Source: an uncultured Alphaproteobacteria bacterium
Lineage (GTDB): Bacteria; Pseudomonadota; Alphaproteobacteria; UBA828
DNA: 64,000 nt
Direction of reading: 5' to 3'
Assembly (NCBI GenBank): GCA_913053235.1
Contig: CAJXFT010000001.1
Location: 2,785-66,784, forward strand
The translations under genes and the position numbers were made by a program. Under the pieces are notes generated by a model that searched no databases, was not told the origin of the DNA, and was given only the letters and a program-made list of their open reading frames with translations. Positions 1 through 9,807 of the stretch are shown piece after piece; positions within the stretch are counted from its first letter, which is position 1; each line of letters starts with the position of its first letter.

Positions 1-445
1 AGCACCACATGTCGCCGTAATATTCAGCCTCGGCCATGCCACCAAAGAGAAATAATTTCGCGCCATCCGAAACCAGTGCGCCGGCATAGCGCCGGGGCGG
101 GCGCGTCGCGCCGCTGTCGATTTCCCGCCACACACCGTCATAACGCCACAAATGGTCGTAAAAAATGACGGCGCCATCGGAAACGCCGCAGCCGCCGAAT
201 AGATAAAGCGCATCATCGAGAACGCACAGGCTGGCATAGCGCGCGGCGCCGGGCCCGCCGTCGGCCAGCAATTGCCAACTTCCATCGTAGCGCCAGAGCT
301 CGGCGCTGACATCATCGGGCGCCACACCGCCGCCGGCGCCGAAGCCGCCGAAGAAATGAAAATCTCCGCGCCACACGGCCGCCCCGGCGGAGCGCCGCGC
401 GCGCGGCGTCGCGTAATCGGTCACGGATTTAGAGATGGCGCTCAA
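1..445 (-). CDS. Kelch-repeat (beta-propeller) protein, partial (5' end in window, runs off coordinate 1); possibly a NanM-like mutarotase
   Basis: Own translation of the minus strand below the aminotransferase stop gives an open frame to base 1. It shows Kelch-like repeats (...LYLFGGCG...HLWRYDGVW...LFLFGGMAE...). Start is ambiguous: TTG at 445 or GTG at 424. The ORF track does not list it because no stop falls in the window. Confidence 0.45.
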   Translation of the reverse strand, partial: MSAISKSVTDYATPRARRSAGAAVWRGDFHFFGGFGAGGGVAPDDVSAELWRYDGSWQLLADGGPGAARYASLCVLDDALYLFGGCGVSDGAVIFYDHLWRYDGVWREIDSGATRPPRRYAGALVSDGAKLFLFGGMAEAEYYGDMWC

Positions 446-1547
446 TCGCCGCGCAGATGCGCCGGCTTGTGGCTTCGTCCATATCGGGGTGCATGGGCAG
501 GCTGAGAACATGGGCGGCCAGCTTTTCGCTTACGGGGAGGGATCCCGGACCGTCGCCAAAGCCGCGATAGGCGGTTTGCAGATGCATCGGCAGCGGATAG
601 TGAATCGCGGTCGGAATGCCATCTTCGCGCAGCGCCGCCGCCAGGCCGTCCCGATCCTCTACCTGGATGGTGTATTGCGCCCAGGCGCTGGTGCTGCCCG
701 CCATGCGCCCCGGCCGCACCGCCGCGCCAGGCAAATGGCGATCGTAATATTCCGCCAGCCGCTCGCGGGCTTCGATTTCGGCGGCGAAGCCCGGCAGTTT
801 GGCCAGCAGTACCGCCGCCTGGAGCGTATCGAGCCGCGAATTCATGCCGACGCGGACGACATCATACTTGGCTTTGCCCTTGCCATGCCCGCGCAGCGAG
901 CGCCATATCTCGGCGCGCCCCGCATCGTCGGTCAGAAGCGCGCCGCCGTCGCCATAGCAGCCGAGCGGCTTGGCCGGAAAGAAGCTGCTCACCGTGGCCG
1001 GCGCCAGGCTGCCGACGGCGCGGCCGCGATAGCGCCCGCCCATGCTCTGCGCCGCGTCGGCGAGCAGGAAGAGATCATGCGCCGCGGCAATTTTCGCCAG
1101 CCCATCGTAATCCGCCGGCAGGCCGAACAGATCGACCGGTATGACCGCGCGCGGCGTCAAACCACCGGCCGCCTTCAGCGCCGCGATCTTGCTCTCGAGA
1201 TCGCCGCAATCGATGAGAAAATCCTCGCCATCGACATCGACGAACACCGGCGTGGCGCCGACCATCAGCACCGTCTCGGCGGTGGCGGTAAAGGTGAAAG
1301 AGGGGACGAACACGGCGTCGCCCGGGCCGATATTTTCGCCCATCAACGCCAGGGTAAGCGCGTCGGTGCCGTTGGCGCAGCTCACCACATGCGCCGCGCC
1401 GACATTGGCCGCCAGCGCCGCCTCGAACTCGCCCACTTCCGGCCCGAGAATGAATCGGCCATGCGCCAGCACGCGCTCTATGCCGGCGTCTATTTCCGGC
1501 TTGAGACGTGAATATTGCGCCTTCAGGTCGATAAACGGAATGCTCAC
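429..1547 (-). CDS. DegT/DnrJ/EryC1/StrS-family PLP aminotransferase (WbpE-like, UDP-3-keto-sugar aminotransferase)
   Basis: ORF 429..1886 is trimmed to the GTG giving (M)SIPFIDLKAQYSRLKPEIDAGIERVLAHGRFILGPEV, a typical WbpE/DegT N-terminus. An AAGGA RBS lies 8 nt upstream. The extra N-terminal 113 aa are Arg-rich overlap junk. Confidence 0.85.
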   Translation of the reverse strand: MSIPFIDLKAQYSRLKPEIDAGIERVLAHGRFILGPEVGEFEAALAANVGAAHVVSCANGTDALTLALMGENIGPGDAVFVPSFTFTATAETVLMVGATPVFVDVDGEDFLIDCGDLESKIAALKAAGGLTPRAVIPVDLFGLPADYDGLAKIAAAHDLFLLADAAQSMGGRYRGRAVGSLAPATVSSFFPAKPLGCYGDGGALLTDDAGRAEIWRSLRGHGKGKAKYDVVRVGMNSRLDTLQAAVLLAKLPGFAAEIEARERLAEYYDRHLPGAAVRPGRMAGSTSAWAQYTIQVEDRDGLAAALREDGIPTAIHYPLPMHLQTAYRGFGDGPGSLPVSEKLAAHVLSLPMHPDMDEATSRRICAAIERHL

Positions 1548-2116
1548 AAGGACTGTCCTTTTAGAAAGAGTTGGCCATTTGATTCTTGGTATTGGTCGCC
1601 GCTGCGCGGGCAGCGCAAATCGCCGCCGAGCACTTCGCCGCTGCGCGACACCCAGCCCGTCCGGCGCGCCGGATTGCCGAGCATGAGCGCATGCGGGCGC
1701 ACATCCCTGGTGACCACCGCGCCGGCGCCGATCATGGCGTATTCGCCGATGGTCACGCCGCAAATGATCACGGCGCCGGCGCCGATGGTGGCGCCCTTCC
1801 GCACCAGAATCGGGAGGAATTCGTCCTTTCTCTCGACGAAGGCGCGCGGCGTCAGCACGTTGGTAAAAACGCAGGAGGGTCCGCAAAACACGTCGTTCTC
1901 GAGGGTAACGCCCTTATAAATCGAGACATTGTTCTGCACCTTGCAGCCCGAGCCGATAACGGCATCGGGCCCGACCATCACGTTCTGGCCGAGAATGCAG
2001 TTGTCACCGATGCGGCTGCCCGACAGCACATGGGAGAAATGCCAGACCTTGCATCCGGCGCCGAGCTCGGCGCCATCGTCGACGATGGCGGAGGGGTGGA
2101 TAAACGCCTTTTGCAT
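1544..2116 (-). CDS. Left-handed beta-helix (hexapeptide) N-acetyltransferase, WbpD-like
   Basis: MQKAFIHPSAIVDDGAELGAGCKVWHFSHV...GEYAMIGAGAVV hexapeptide repeats with near-colinear similarity to WbpD. ATG at 2116 by codon arithmetic. 4-nt overlap with the downstream gene. Confidence 0.85.
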   Translation of the reverse strand: MQKAFIHPSAIVDDGAELGAGCKVWHFSHVLSGSRIGDNCILGQNVMVGPDAVIGSGCKVQNNVSIYKGVTLENDVFCGPSCVFTNVLTPRAFVERKDEFLPILVRKGATIGAGAVIICGVTIGEYAMIGAGAVVTRDVRPHALMLGNPARRTGWVSRSGEVLGGDLRCPRSGDQYQESNGQLFLKGQSL

Positions 2117-2118
2117 GG

Positions 2119-3117
2119 TCAGCTTTCCAGGTCGATGGCGGTGCCGCGCAGGATCGATTGCTGGCACGCCTGCAACACCTTGAGAACGCGGATGCCTTCG
2201 GCGGCACCGGAAGGCGGCTCGGAAATTCCCCCGATGGCATCGAGAAAGGCCTGGCATTCGTTGCGCAGCGGCTCGCTGGCATCGAATTCAAGCGGCTCGG
2301 GCGCCGCCTTGGAGACGATCGGAAGCTCGCCCTCCCAGCCCACCTTGTGGCGGTAGAGGAGCAGTTTTTGCGCCGCATCCCTGGTGTCGTCGAACACGAT
2401 CATCGCCTGTTCGCCGACCACGACGAGTTTCTGCTCCTTAAAGGGATGGAGCCAGGAAACATAGATATGGGCCTGCAGATTGTCATCCATGACGAGGTGC
2501 GACAACGTCGTGTCGGCGACGCCATCGGTCAGATAATTGGCGCCGCTGGCGATCACGCGGCGCGGTATTCCGCCGGCCAATTGCAGGATCATGGAAATGT
2601 CATGCGGGGCAAAAGACCAGAGTGCATTTTCCTCGCGCCTTATTTTGCCCAGGCTCAAACGGTTGGAATAGATGTAGCGCAGTTTGCCCATATGCCCATT
2701 CCGCGCGGTTTCGAGCAGAACCCGGAACGCCGGATGGTAGAGCAGGAGATGCCCGACCATGAGAACCAGGCCTTTTTTTTCGGCCAGCGCCTTTAGTTTT
2801 TCGCCCTCCACGACATCGAGGCAAAGCGGTTTTTCGACAAAAACATGCTTGCCGGCATGGAGCGCGCGCGCCACCAGATCGCCATGGGTGGCGGCCGGCG
2901 TGGCAATCGCCAGCGCCCGGATGGCGCCATCGCCGAGCATCGCCTCGATGTCCCCGTAAACCTCGGCATGGGGATAAAGCGCGGCGTATTTCGCCCGGCT
3001 GTCGGGCGAAATATCGAACAACCCGGCGAGGGAATTCAGGGCATCGAAATTTCGCAACAGGTTCTTGCCCCAATAGCCGGCACCGATCAGCCCGATGCCG
3101 TGGCTGGCGTGATTCAT
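2119..3117 (-). CDS. Gfo/Idh/MocA-family NAD-dependent oxidoreductase (WbpB-like UDP-sugar 3-dehydrogenase)
   Basis: N-terminal Rossmann motif GLIGAGYWGKN and a GFO_IDH_MocA core. ATG at 3117 is preceded by GAGAGGA. It forms a WbpB-WbpD-WbpE-like triad with the two genes downstream. Confidence 0.8.
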   Translation of the reverse strand: MNHASHGIGLIGAGYWGKNLLRNFDALNSLAGLFDISPDSRAKYAALYPHAEVYGDIEAMLGDGAIRALAIATPAATHGDLVARALHAGKHVFVEKPLCLDVVEGEKLKALAEKKGLVLMVGHLLLYHPAFRVLLETARNGHMGKLRYIYSNRLSLGKIRREENALWSFAPHDISMILQLAGGIPRRVIASGANYLTDGVADTTLSHLVMDDNLQAHIYVSWLHPFKEQKLVVVGEQAMIVFDDTRDAAQKLLLYRHKVGWEGELPIVSKAAPEPLEFDASEPLRNECQAFLDAIGGISEPPSGAAEGIRVLKVLQACQQSILRGTAIDLES

Positions 3118-3845
3118 ATCCTCTCTTTCAATTTGCGCGGCGTGTGAACGGCACAATGTGCCGCCAACTCCGTTTCCAATAGTGAAAAGCGCCGGTCCAG
3201 AAATGCGCTCAGCCTGTCCTCCGGCCGGTCACCCTCGCCGACCCACCATATGGCATGGGTCAAGAGCTGCAGCGCCCTGCCCTCGGCGATCGCCGCGTGA
3301 TCCCGGGGGCGGCCGTGGCGCCACGCACCGCGTGAGTCCGAGCAATAGCCGATCTCGTCGAAAAACCGCGATTCATAAGTATTTCCGCGGCCGGCCAGGA
3401 TGCGGTCGTAGGGCCGCAGATTCGGCGAAGGCCGGTGAAAGCTGATCATCGATACGCGCTGTCCGGTGATCGATTCCAGCATTGCGCACTCGCGTTCGAC
3501 CGCCGCCTCCAGTGCCGCGGCGTCGGCGCCGTAAATCGAGGCATCCAGGTGAAGCCCGATTTCATGGCCGGCGCCGGCGATTTCCCGCAATGCGCCGAGG
3601 CCCGCCGGGCTGAACGGATTGTACATTTCGCTGCGCATAAGAACGAAATAGCTGGCGCGCCAGCCCTGCTCCGCTTCCACTGCCGCCAGCCGCGCGGCCG
3701 AGGCAAGGCACTGGTCGATATCATGACGCAGTATCAGATGGCGCCGCGCCGCTCTGGTTTGCGAAAAATCCGTTATCTCATAGCCGCGCGCCAGAATGGC
3801 CGCGATCAGCTCACGATATCCGGCAAGGGTGAATTCAACCGTCAT
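3114..3845 (-). CDS. Putative polysaccharide deacetylase-like protein (WbmS-like)
   Basis: 243-aa ORF with ATGA start-stop overlap to neighbours. Motifs RHDID ... GHEIGLHLD are reminiscent of divergent CE4/polysaccharide deacetylase folds. Assignment is tentative. Confidence 0.4.
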   Translation of the reverse strand: MTVEFTLAGYRELIAAILARGYEITDFSQTRAARRHLILRHDIDQCLASAARLAAVEAEQGWRASYFVLMRSEMYNPFSPAGLGALREIAGAGHEIGLHLDASIYGADAAALEAAVERECAMLESITGQRVSMISFHRPSPNLRPYDRILAGRGNTYESRFFDEIGYCSDSRGAWRHGRPRDHAAIAEGRALQLLTHAIWWVGEGDRPEDRLSAFLDRRFSLLETELAAHCAVHTPRKLKERI

Positions 3846-5691
3846 CGACGACCTCCGAGTAGGAATGGCGCGCCAGCCAACTGGAGATCGTCAACAATTC
3901 GAGCAGGAGTTTGCGGTGGCTGGTGTGCCCGGCGAGATGCTCCTCGACGATCCTTGCCAGGCCCTGGGGGTCGAACAGGCCGCTGTCCAGAAGAGCGGTA
4001 TTTTCCGCCAGACCCCTCAGGCGTTCGACAAAGAATGCGTCGCGGCGCAGCAATTCGTGCAAATTGCTCCAGCTGCCATGGGTCCAGGTGGCGTCCGCCG
4101 GCGGCGCCGGGCGGGCGGACAAACCGACCCGGCGCGCCGCGCCGCGCATAAACATAAGCACGGCCTGCTTGGCGAATCCATTGTTGGCGGAGAGGCCGCT
4201 ATTGGCATCGGGCAGCGCCATCAGATCGGGTGCAAGGCTCTTCATGGCGGCGTGCGCCATGCGCCCGGAGGCGCGCCAGGCGGGTTTCATGGCGTAATAG
4301 AGATCCAATATATCCGGATCGAAGGCGATCGCGCGGTGGGCGATCACCGTATTCATGGCGACGAAATCGTTATAGGCGGTGTGGCGGCCGAGGCAATGCA
4401 AGACAAAGGCATCCCAGGCATTGTAGGGGTCTTCGATATCGGCCGAGGAAAGCGCCAACGCCATGGCGCCGACGCGCCGTTCGTCCCACCCGGCCCGTGC
4501 CCGGGGCGACAGAACGGCCTGCAAGGCGTGCGCGTTCAGGCCGACACGCAAACTGTCGGAAACCGTTTTCGGCTTGCCATCGGGGATGGCGCGAAGCTTC
4601 GGCAAGCGCGTGAGGGAGCCGGCGAGGCGCACCATCGCACAGGGCAGATAATAGCCCCGCAAGGTATAATCCAGACCGTGGCCGGAGAGCAGCACATCAT
4701 GGCTGCGGGCAATATCGGGCAGCGCGCCGAAGAGATTGAACGGCGCCGTAAACAGGCCATCGCTGGCACGGGCGGCGGCGTCGAAATGTGCCGACAAACC
4801 GTGCGGCCGATTCTCGATGTAACGAAACGGCATGTTCGCCATTTGCGCACAGCGCCGTGCGATGCCGACCTCCAGATTGTCGTGGCTGGCAAGGGTCAGG
4901 CACGAGACCTCATGCCCGGCGGCGCGCGCAGCCGCCAGTACCCAGCGCGCATCCAACCCGCCGGACAGCAGCAAACCATGGCGCGCGCTATCGGCGGTGC
5001 GCCGCCTGACGGCGCGCGAAATCCCCTCGGCCAGACGAAGCGCACCTTCCGCCTGGTCGAATTCGGGCGCCCGCCAAACCGGCCGCCGGGTTTCGCGCTC
5101 TTTCCAGCTTTCACCTTCGACGCACCAGATTCGCGCCGCCGGCATGGCGCGAATATCGGCATATTGCGTATGGTCCGAGACCGTCCGCTGATACGACAGC
5201 AGCTCGGTCAGGCCCTGCACGCTGAGGCGCTTCGGCACCCGCTCATCGGCGAGCAAGGCATCGAGCCGCGAGGCCACGGCCAGGTGCCGCCCGTGCCGCC
5301 AAACGAACAAGGTGCGGCTGCCCATTCGGTCCGTGGCAAGAACGATCCGCTTCATCGCCGGATCGACCAGGATTGCCGCAAAGCTGCCGTTCAGCCAGGC
5401 CAGGCGGTCCATCCTGTCGGCATGATAGAGTTCGGCGATTGCCGCCGCGGCATCTTCGAGCGGCCCGCCGTCATCGAATATCTCTCCGTCAACGGCGACC
5501 GTCACCCCCTCGGCGCCATCCTTCAGCGGCTTGTCGCCCGGCAAGCGGGCATGACGGGCGCTGGCGAGTGCGACACCCGGCGCCGGCGCCAGCACTTCCG
5601 TCACCTGACCATGGCGGGCGATGCCGGCAAGCATGGCGGCGGCCGTGGCGCCCGGCTCCGCGGCACCGGCGGCCAAACAAATACCGCTCAT
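3835..5691 (-). CDS. Asparagine synthetase (glutamine-hydrolysing) homolog, WbpS/WbmI-type sugar-uronamide amidotransferase
   Basis: N-terminal MSGICL (class-II amidotransferase Cys2) and the SGGLDARWV PP-loop motif of AsnB. Start ATG at 5691 overlaps the upstream stop as ATGA. Confidence 0.8.
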   Translation of the reverse strand: MSGICLAAGAAEPGATAAAMLAGIARHGQVTEVLAPAPGVALASARHARLPGDKPLKDGAEGVTVAVDGEIFDDGGPLEDAAAAIAELYHADRMDRLAWLNGSFAAILVDPAMKRIVLATDRMGSRTLFVWRHGRHLAVASRLDALLADERVPKRLSVQGLTELLSYQRTVSDHTQYADIRAMPAARIWCVEGESWKERETRRPVWRAPEFDQAEGALRLAEGISRAVRRRTADSARHGLLLSGGLDARWVLAAARAAGHEVSCLTLASHDNLEVGIARRCAQMANMPFRYIENRPHGLSAHFDAAARASDGLFTAPFNLFGALPDIARSHDVLLSGHGLDYTLRGYYLPCAMVRLAGSLTRLPKLRAIPDGKPKTVSDSLRVGLNAHALQAVLSPRARAGWDERRVGAMALALSSADIEDPYNAWDAFVLHCLGRHTAYNDFVAMNTVIAHRAIAFDPDILDLYYAMKPAWRASGRMAHAAMKSLAPDLMALPDANSGLSANNGFAKQAVLMFMRGAARRVGLSARPAPPADATWTHGSWSNLHELLRRDAFFVERLRGLAENTALLDSGLFDPQGLARIVEEHLAGHTSHRKLLLELLTISSWLARHSYSEVVDDG

Positions 5692-7304
5692 CCCGGCGTT
5701 CCCATGAGGAGAGCGCGGCATTCGCCGGGATCGACCCGTTCGGGTTCGCCGCACAGCGCGTTCTCCAGTTCATCCCCGTCCACCAGGGGCCGGTTGCGGG
5801 CATCGAAACGGGCGGCAATGACGTGGCAGCGCCGCGCCACCATATCCTTGACGCGGGCGTTGAACATCGGATTTCCCATATCGATGAAGGTGATCGGGCG
5901 GTCGGTGCAAAGCGCTTCGGCGAAGGTCGTCGACTGGCCGTAATCGAACAGGAAGCGATCCGCCCAGGCGATATGAGATTCAAAGGGCTCCGCACTGGTC
6001 GGCGCGATGTCGGCCAGGGGATGGCGTTGGCCGCGCAACAGGCCCTCGGGATGCGGCTTGCAGATGAGATCAAGCGGCATTTTTTGCACCGCCTCGACGA
6101 GGCGAAACTGCCAATCGAGATAGATGACATCGGGCAGGGTGGGCGGCAGGAACTGCCGTTGGCCACGCAGAATAGTCGGCGCGTAGATCAGTTGAGGCCG
6201 GGCGCCGGCGCGCGCCGGGCGCTCGAGCGTGAGGCCGGCGAGAGCGGACGCACCGACATGGCCGGCGATTTCGGCGCCGGCGCAATTCGCCATGGCGCCA
6301 TTTTCGCTGGCGCTTTTCAAACATTGCGCGCCGGTCGGCGTTTCCACCACATAGCGGTCGCTCACGGCAAGCTCGGAAAAGGCGATGCTGTCCGTGACCC
6401 CGGCCATGCCGGCAAACCAGCCATGCGCAAATCGCGTCACATGGCCGCCCCGGCGGCGCACCTCGATACCTGCGGCGCGCGCCGGATAGTAGCCGCCCGA
6501 GCCCGACCACAGTTTGCGCGGCAATGTCTTGAGCCGGCGCATGCCTTGCAAATCGGAAACCGCCTTCGACAGCGCCGGCGCTATCAAGGGGTTGATCAAC
6601 CGGTCGAGACGCTGGCGATATTCGGGCGCCAATCCTTCGATGCCGGCGAGGCGCGCGGACAGGCGCGCGGCAATTTCTTCGAGCGCGGCCGGCGCCACTT
6701 CCGGCACCGATGCGGTATGCGCCCGCGCGGCCCGAAGCAGGGCCTCGGCATGGAAGAATCTTACCGCCGCGCCGCCGCGCCGCGCCGCATCGCGCAGCAT
6801 GTCATTGTGGCTGACGGCGGTAATCTCCGGTGCCAGCATGGCAACCGGCAAACGCCAGAGCGGCGTCCAACTCGCTGTCCGTGCAAGCCGGCGCAGCGCT
6901 TCGCCGGACGGCGCGCTCATCGGTTTGAACAGGGCCGGATCGCTTAAACCGGATGACCGTTCAATATTCCCGCCGCCGCTCAACGCGGCCAGTTCGGGCG
7001 GGCCACCCAACAACCGCACCCCGCCCGCGTCCGCCGCCTGAACGACGAAGGCGTTCTCCACCAGGCTGCGCGACAGCGCCAGAACGGAGCCGAGGCCAAG
7101 CAATGCCGCCGGCCGCAGAATTTCACCGTCCAGTTGGTCGATAAGGCCGAGCGCCGCGCCGGTGGCGGCGCGGGTGACGCGAAACGCTTCCGCGTAAGGC
7201 AGCGGCCAAGCCACCGATTCACGCCAGTCCGGGGTATCAAGCGCCGCCGGATAGTCGAACGGCGTCGCCGGCGGCGTCATCGCCGCAGGCAGAGAATGCG
7301 CCAT
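5688..7304 (-). CDS. Hypothetical protein, 538 aa, no recognisable domain (glycan-island resident)
   Basis: Long ORF with GC3-rich codon usage, tightly packed in the operon. No motif recognised by eye. Confidence 0.55.
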   Translation of the reverse strand: MAHSLPAAMTPPATPFDYPAALDTPDWRESVAWPLPYAEAFRVTRAATGAALGLIDQLDGEILRPAALLGLGSVLALSRSLVENAFVVQAADAGGVRLLGGPPELAALSGGGNIERSSGLSDPALFKPMSAPSGEALRRLARTASWTPLWRLPVAMLAPEITAVSHNDMLRDAARRGGAAVRFFHAEALLRAARAHTASVPEVAPAALEEIAARLSARLAGIEGLAPEYRQRLDRLINPLIAPALSKAVSDLQGMRRLKTLPRKLWSGSGGYYPARAAGIEVRRRGGHVTRFAHGWFAGMAGVTDSIAFSELAVSDRYVVETPTGAQCLKSASENGAMANCAGAEIAGHVGASALAGLTLERPARAGARPQLIYAPTILRGQRQFLPPTLPDVIYLDWQFRLVEAVQKMPLDLICKPHPEGLLRGQRHPLADIAPTSAEPFESHIAWADRFLFDYGQSTTFAEALCTDRPITFIDMGNPMFNARVKDMVARRCHVIAARFDARNRPLVDGDELENALCGEPERVDPGECRALLMGTPG

Positions 7305-7314
7305 GGCACAGCCA

Positions 7315-8367
7315 TTAGTCGGCCAAATCGGGCCAATCGAGAGGTGTTCCGCGCGCCAGGTCCCTGGCCGCGCGGCGCCCGAGCACGGCGGCGAGATGTT
7401 TGGGCGGCAATCCGTGGCCGGGGCGAATGGAGCGGATATTTTCCACAGTCAGCGATTCGCCGGCCTTGATATCGGCGACCACATAGAGCGAACGCCGCAG
7501 CACGACATTGCCGGCCTCGCTCGGCGCCGGCGCATGATTGCGCTGGCCTATCGCCCGCCATACGATAGCGCAGGCCTTGACCATTTCGGCGAGCTCCTCC
7601 GGCTCGAGCGAAAAGGCCGAATCAAGGCCGCCATCGGCGCGCCGCATGGTCACATGTTTTTCGATGATGGCGGCGCCGAGCGCCACCGCGCCGATCGGTA
7701 CCGCGATGCCCAGCGTGTGATCGGAAAGGCCGCTCACCACATCGTAACGGCCGAGCGCGCCGAGCGCCGCCAGATTGGAATCCTCGGGCGGGGTCGGATA
7801 ACCGCTGGTGCAGTGCAGCAGGGCGATCTCCCGGCAACCGGCGCCACGCGCCGCCGCGACCGCCTCGCCGATCTCTTCGCCGGTGGCCATGCCGGTCGAC
7901 ATAATCAGCGGCTTGCCGGTCGCCGCCATGCGCTCGATAAGCGGCAAATCGACGATCTCGAACGAAGCGACCTTGTATGCCGGCGCATCGAGCTTCTCAA
8001 GAAAATCCACGGCCGTCGGATCGAACGGGCTCGAGAAGATCGTGATTCCCAGCTCGCGCGCCTTGGCGAACAGGTCGGCGTGCCAGTGCCAGGGCGTGAA
8101 GGCTTCCTGGTACAATTCATAAAGCGTTCGGCCATGCCACAACCCGCCCTCGATGGTGAAGCCCGGGCCGTCATGATCGATGGTGATGGTATCGGCGGTA
8201 TAGGTCTGAATCTTGATGGCATCGGCGCCGGCCTGCTTGGCCGCGGTCATGAGCCGAAAGGCCTGCTCGATATCGCCGCGGTGATTGGCGGACAGTTCGG
8301 CGACGATATAGGGCGGCGCGCCGGCGCCGATGGCGCGCCCGGCGATGCTGATGCGGCTGCCGTTCAT
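7315..8367 (-). CDS. pseI: Pseudaminic acid synthase (NeuB-family, PseI-like)
   Basis: IVAELSANH, AIKIQTYT, GGLWHGRTLYELY, FSSPFD, AYKVASFE and GLSDHT are colinear with C. jejuni PseI. ATG at 8367 by codon arithmetic. Confidence 0.8.
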   Translation of the reverse strand: MNGSRISIAGRAIGAGAPPYIVAELSANHRGDIEQAFRLMTAAKQAGADAIKIQTYTADTITIDHDGPGFTIEGGLWHGRTLYELYQEAFTPWHWHADLFAKARELGITIFSSPFDPTAVDFLEKLDAPAYKVASFEIVDLPLIERMAATGKPLIMSTGMATGEEIGEAVAAARGAGCREIALLHCTSGYPTPPEDSNLAALGALGRYDVVSGLSDHTLGIAVPIGAVALGAAIIEKHVTMRRADGGLDSAFSLEPEELAEMVKACAIVWRAIGQRNHAPAPSEAGNVVLRRSLYVVADIKAGESLTVENIRSIRPGHGLPPKHLAAVLGRRAARDLARGTPLDWPDLAD

Positions 8368-8368
8368 A

Positions 8369-9040
8369 TCAGCGCAGCTCCCGAATGACCGAAAACGCCT
8401 CGGCCGCGACACAGCCGACGCTGGCGCCGCGCAGCGCGGCAAGAGCGCGGACGGCTTCCTCGGAACGGGCATGCGGAGACGGCCGCATCTCGCTCGCATA
8501 GGCAGCAAGCGCGCACATTTTGGCCTCCATATAAGCCGTCACATCGACGAACAGATTGGGGCGAAATGCGGCATGCGCGCCGCTCACCGCCCATTCGGTG
8601 CTGGACACCGTCTCAAAGGCATAGATGGCGCGCACCGCGGCACCGGGCAGCGGGCGGCAGGCGGTCGCCACCGCCTCGCAGGCAATGCGGTGATCTATGT
8701 TGAGGTCGCCGCCATGATGGGTATAGACGATTTCCGGCGCCACGCCTTCGACCACGGCTTCGATGGGTTTGACGATATCCAGCATTTCCATGCCGTCGAG
8801 GCGATTGTCGGGGAAACCGGCGAAGCGCGGCGCCTCGGCGCCGACCGCGCGCGCCGCCTGCCCGGCCGCACCCTCCAACGCTTCCAGCGCGCCGGCCGCG
8901 ATAGCGCCGCGCGCCGCCAGGCCGGTGGCGAGGATCAATATATGCACCCGATCCCCGGCGTCGGCGTGGCGTGCCAGCGTCGCGCCGCAACCGAGAATCT
9001 CATCATCCGGATGCGCCGCCACAACGAGAATTTCGCTCAT
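8369..9040 (-). CDS. PIG-L/LmbE-family N-acetylglucosaminyl deacetylase
   Basis: MSEILVVAAHPDDEILGCG signature (HPDDE). ATG at 9040 overlaps the upstream stop. Confidence 0.8.
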   Translation of the reverse strand: MSEILVVAAHPDDEILGCGATLARHADAGDRVHILILATGLAARGAIAAGALEALEGAAGQAARAVGAEAPRFAGFPDNRLDGMEMLDIVKPIEAVVEGVAPEIVYTHHGGDLNIDHRIACEAVATACRPLPGAAVRAIYAFETVSSTEWAVSGAHAAFRPNLFVDVTAYMEAKMCALAAYASEMRPSPHARSEEAVRALAALRGASVGCVAAEAFSVIRELR

Positions 9041-9807
9041 GCCGCCACCTTGCGGCCGATCGCCGCCATGACATGCTTCTCCAAAACGAACTCGCCGTGA
9101 CGCTCGAAATGAGCCGCGAGATCGCGCGCCACCGCGGCCTCGTGCGGGGCGCTGAAGAATGTCGAATTGCGCCAATAGTCGAGCAGCGCGGCGGGGCTCG
9201 GATAGCGCACCGGGTTGACGAATGTTTGCGTTTCCAGGCGCAGCTCACGCGCCATGACGGGCAGAACGGTTTCGGTCATGAAATCGGCGGCGCTGGAAAG
9301 CACCGCCGGCGGAACTTCAAAATGGCGCCGCAGAAGCTCGAACAGGGCGGAATTGTTGCTGCCATGCGGGCCGACGATCAGCAGCGCGCCACCCTCGGCG
9401 CAGCGTGCCATCATTTGCGCCATAATCCGCGCCGCATCTTCGGCGTAGTAGAGGCCGTAAAAACACGAGACCAAATCGAACTTGCGCTCGACGATGGCGG
9501 CGTGCGCGAAGGCCGTTTCCATGGCTGTCTCGACGAGGTCGCAAGAGACATCGAGCGCATCGAGACGCGCTTGCGCCTTGGCCAGCGATGCGGCGGATAT
9601 ATCGACCCCGACCAGATCCGTGACATCCGGCCGGGCGCCGTAGAGCGCCAATTGATTTCCGGTGCCGCAACAGATGTCGAGCACGCTGGCAAACGATAAT
9701 TGGTCCAGTATGGCACCGACCCAGCCGTCGAAATCGGCGCCCGCGAAACGCTTGTTGCCGGCCGCGCGGGCGCTCAGGAAATCACTGTTCGTAGCCCGAT
9801 CGCTCAT
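9037..9807 (-). CDS. Class I SAM-dependent methyltransferase
   Basis: VLDICCGTGNQL motif I and a Rossmann-like fold. ATGA overlaps on both sides. Confidence 0.75.
   Translation of the reverse strand: MSDRATNSDFLSARAAGNKRFAGADFDGWVGAILDQLSFASVLDICCGTGNQLALYGARPDVTDLVGVDISAASLAKAQARLDALDVSCDLVETAMETAFAHAAIVERKFDLVSCFYGLYYAEDAARIMAQMMARCAEGGALLIVGPHGSNNSALFELLRRHFEVPPAVLSSAADFMTETVLPVMARELRLETQTFVNPVRYPSPAALLDYWRNSTFFSAPHEAAVARDLAAHFERHGEFVLEKHVMAAIGRKVAA

Noticed and set aside
272-505. 77-aa plus-strand ORF with a TTG start at the window start
   Set aside because: It overlaps, in antisense, both the Kelch-repeat frame and the aminotransferase stop region. There is no RBS and the composition is Arg-rich.
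3796-5943. 715-aa plus-strand ORF, plus many other long antisense ORFs (e.g. 9909..11411, 14284..15885, 20253..22361, 57403..61122)
   Set aside because: All are antisense to genes with strong family signatures and translate to Arg/Gly/Ala-rich low-complexity sequence. They are an expected artefact of ~66% GC with few stop codons.
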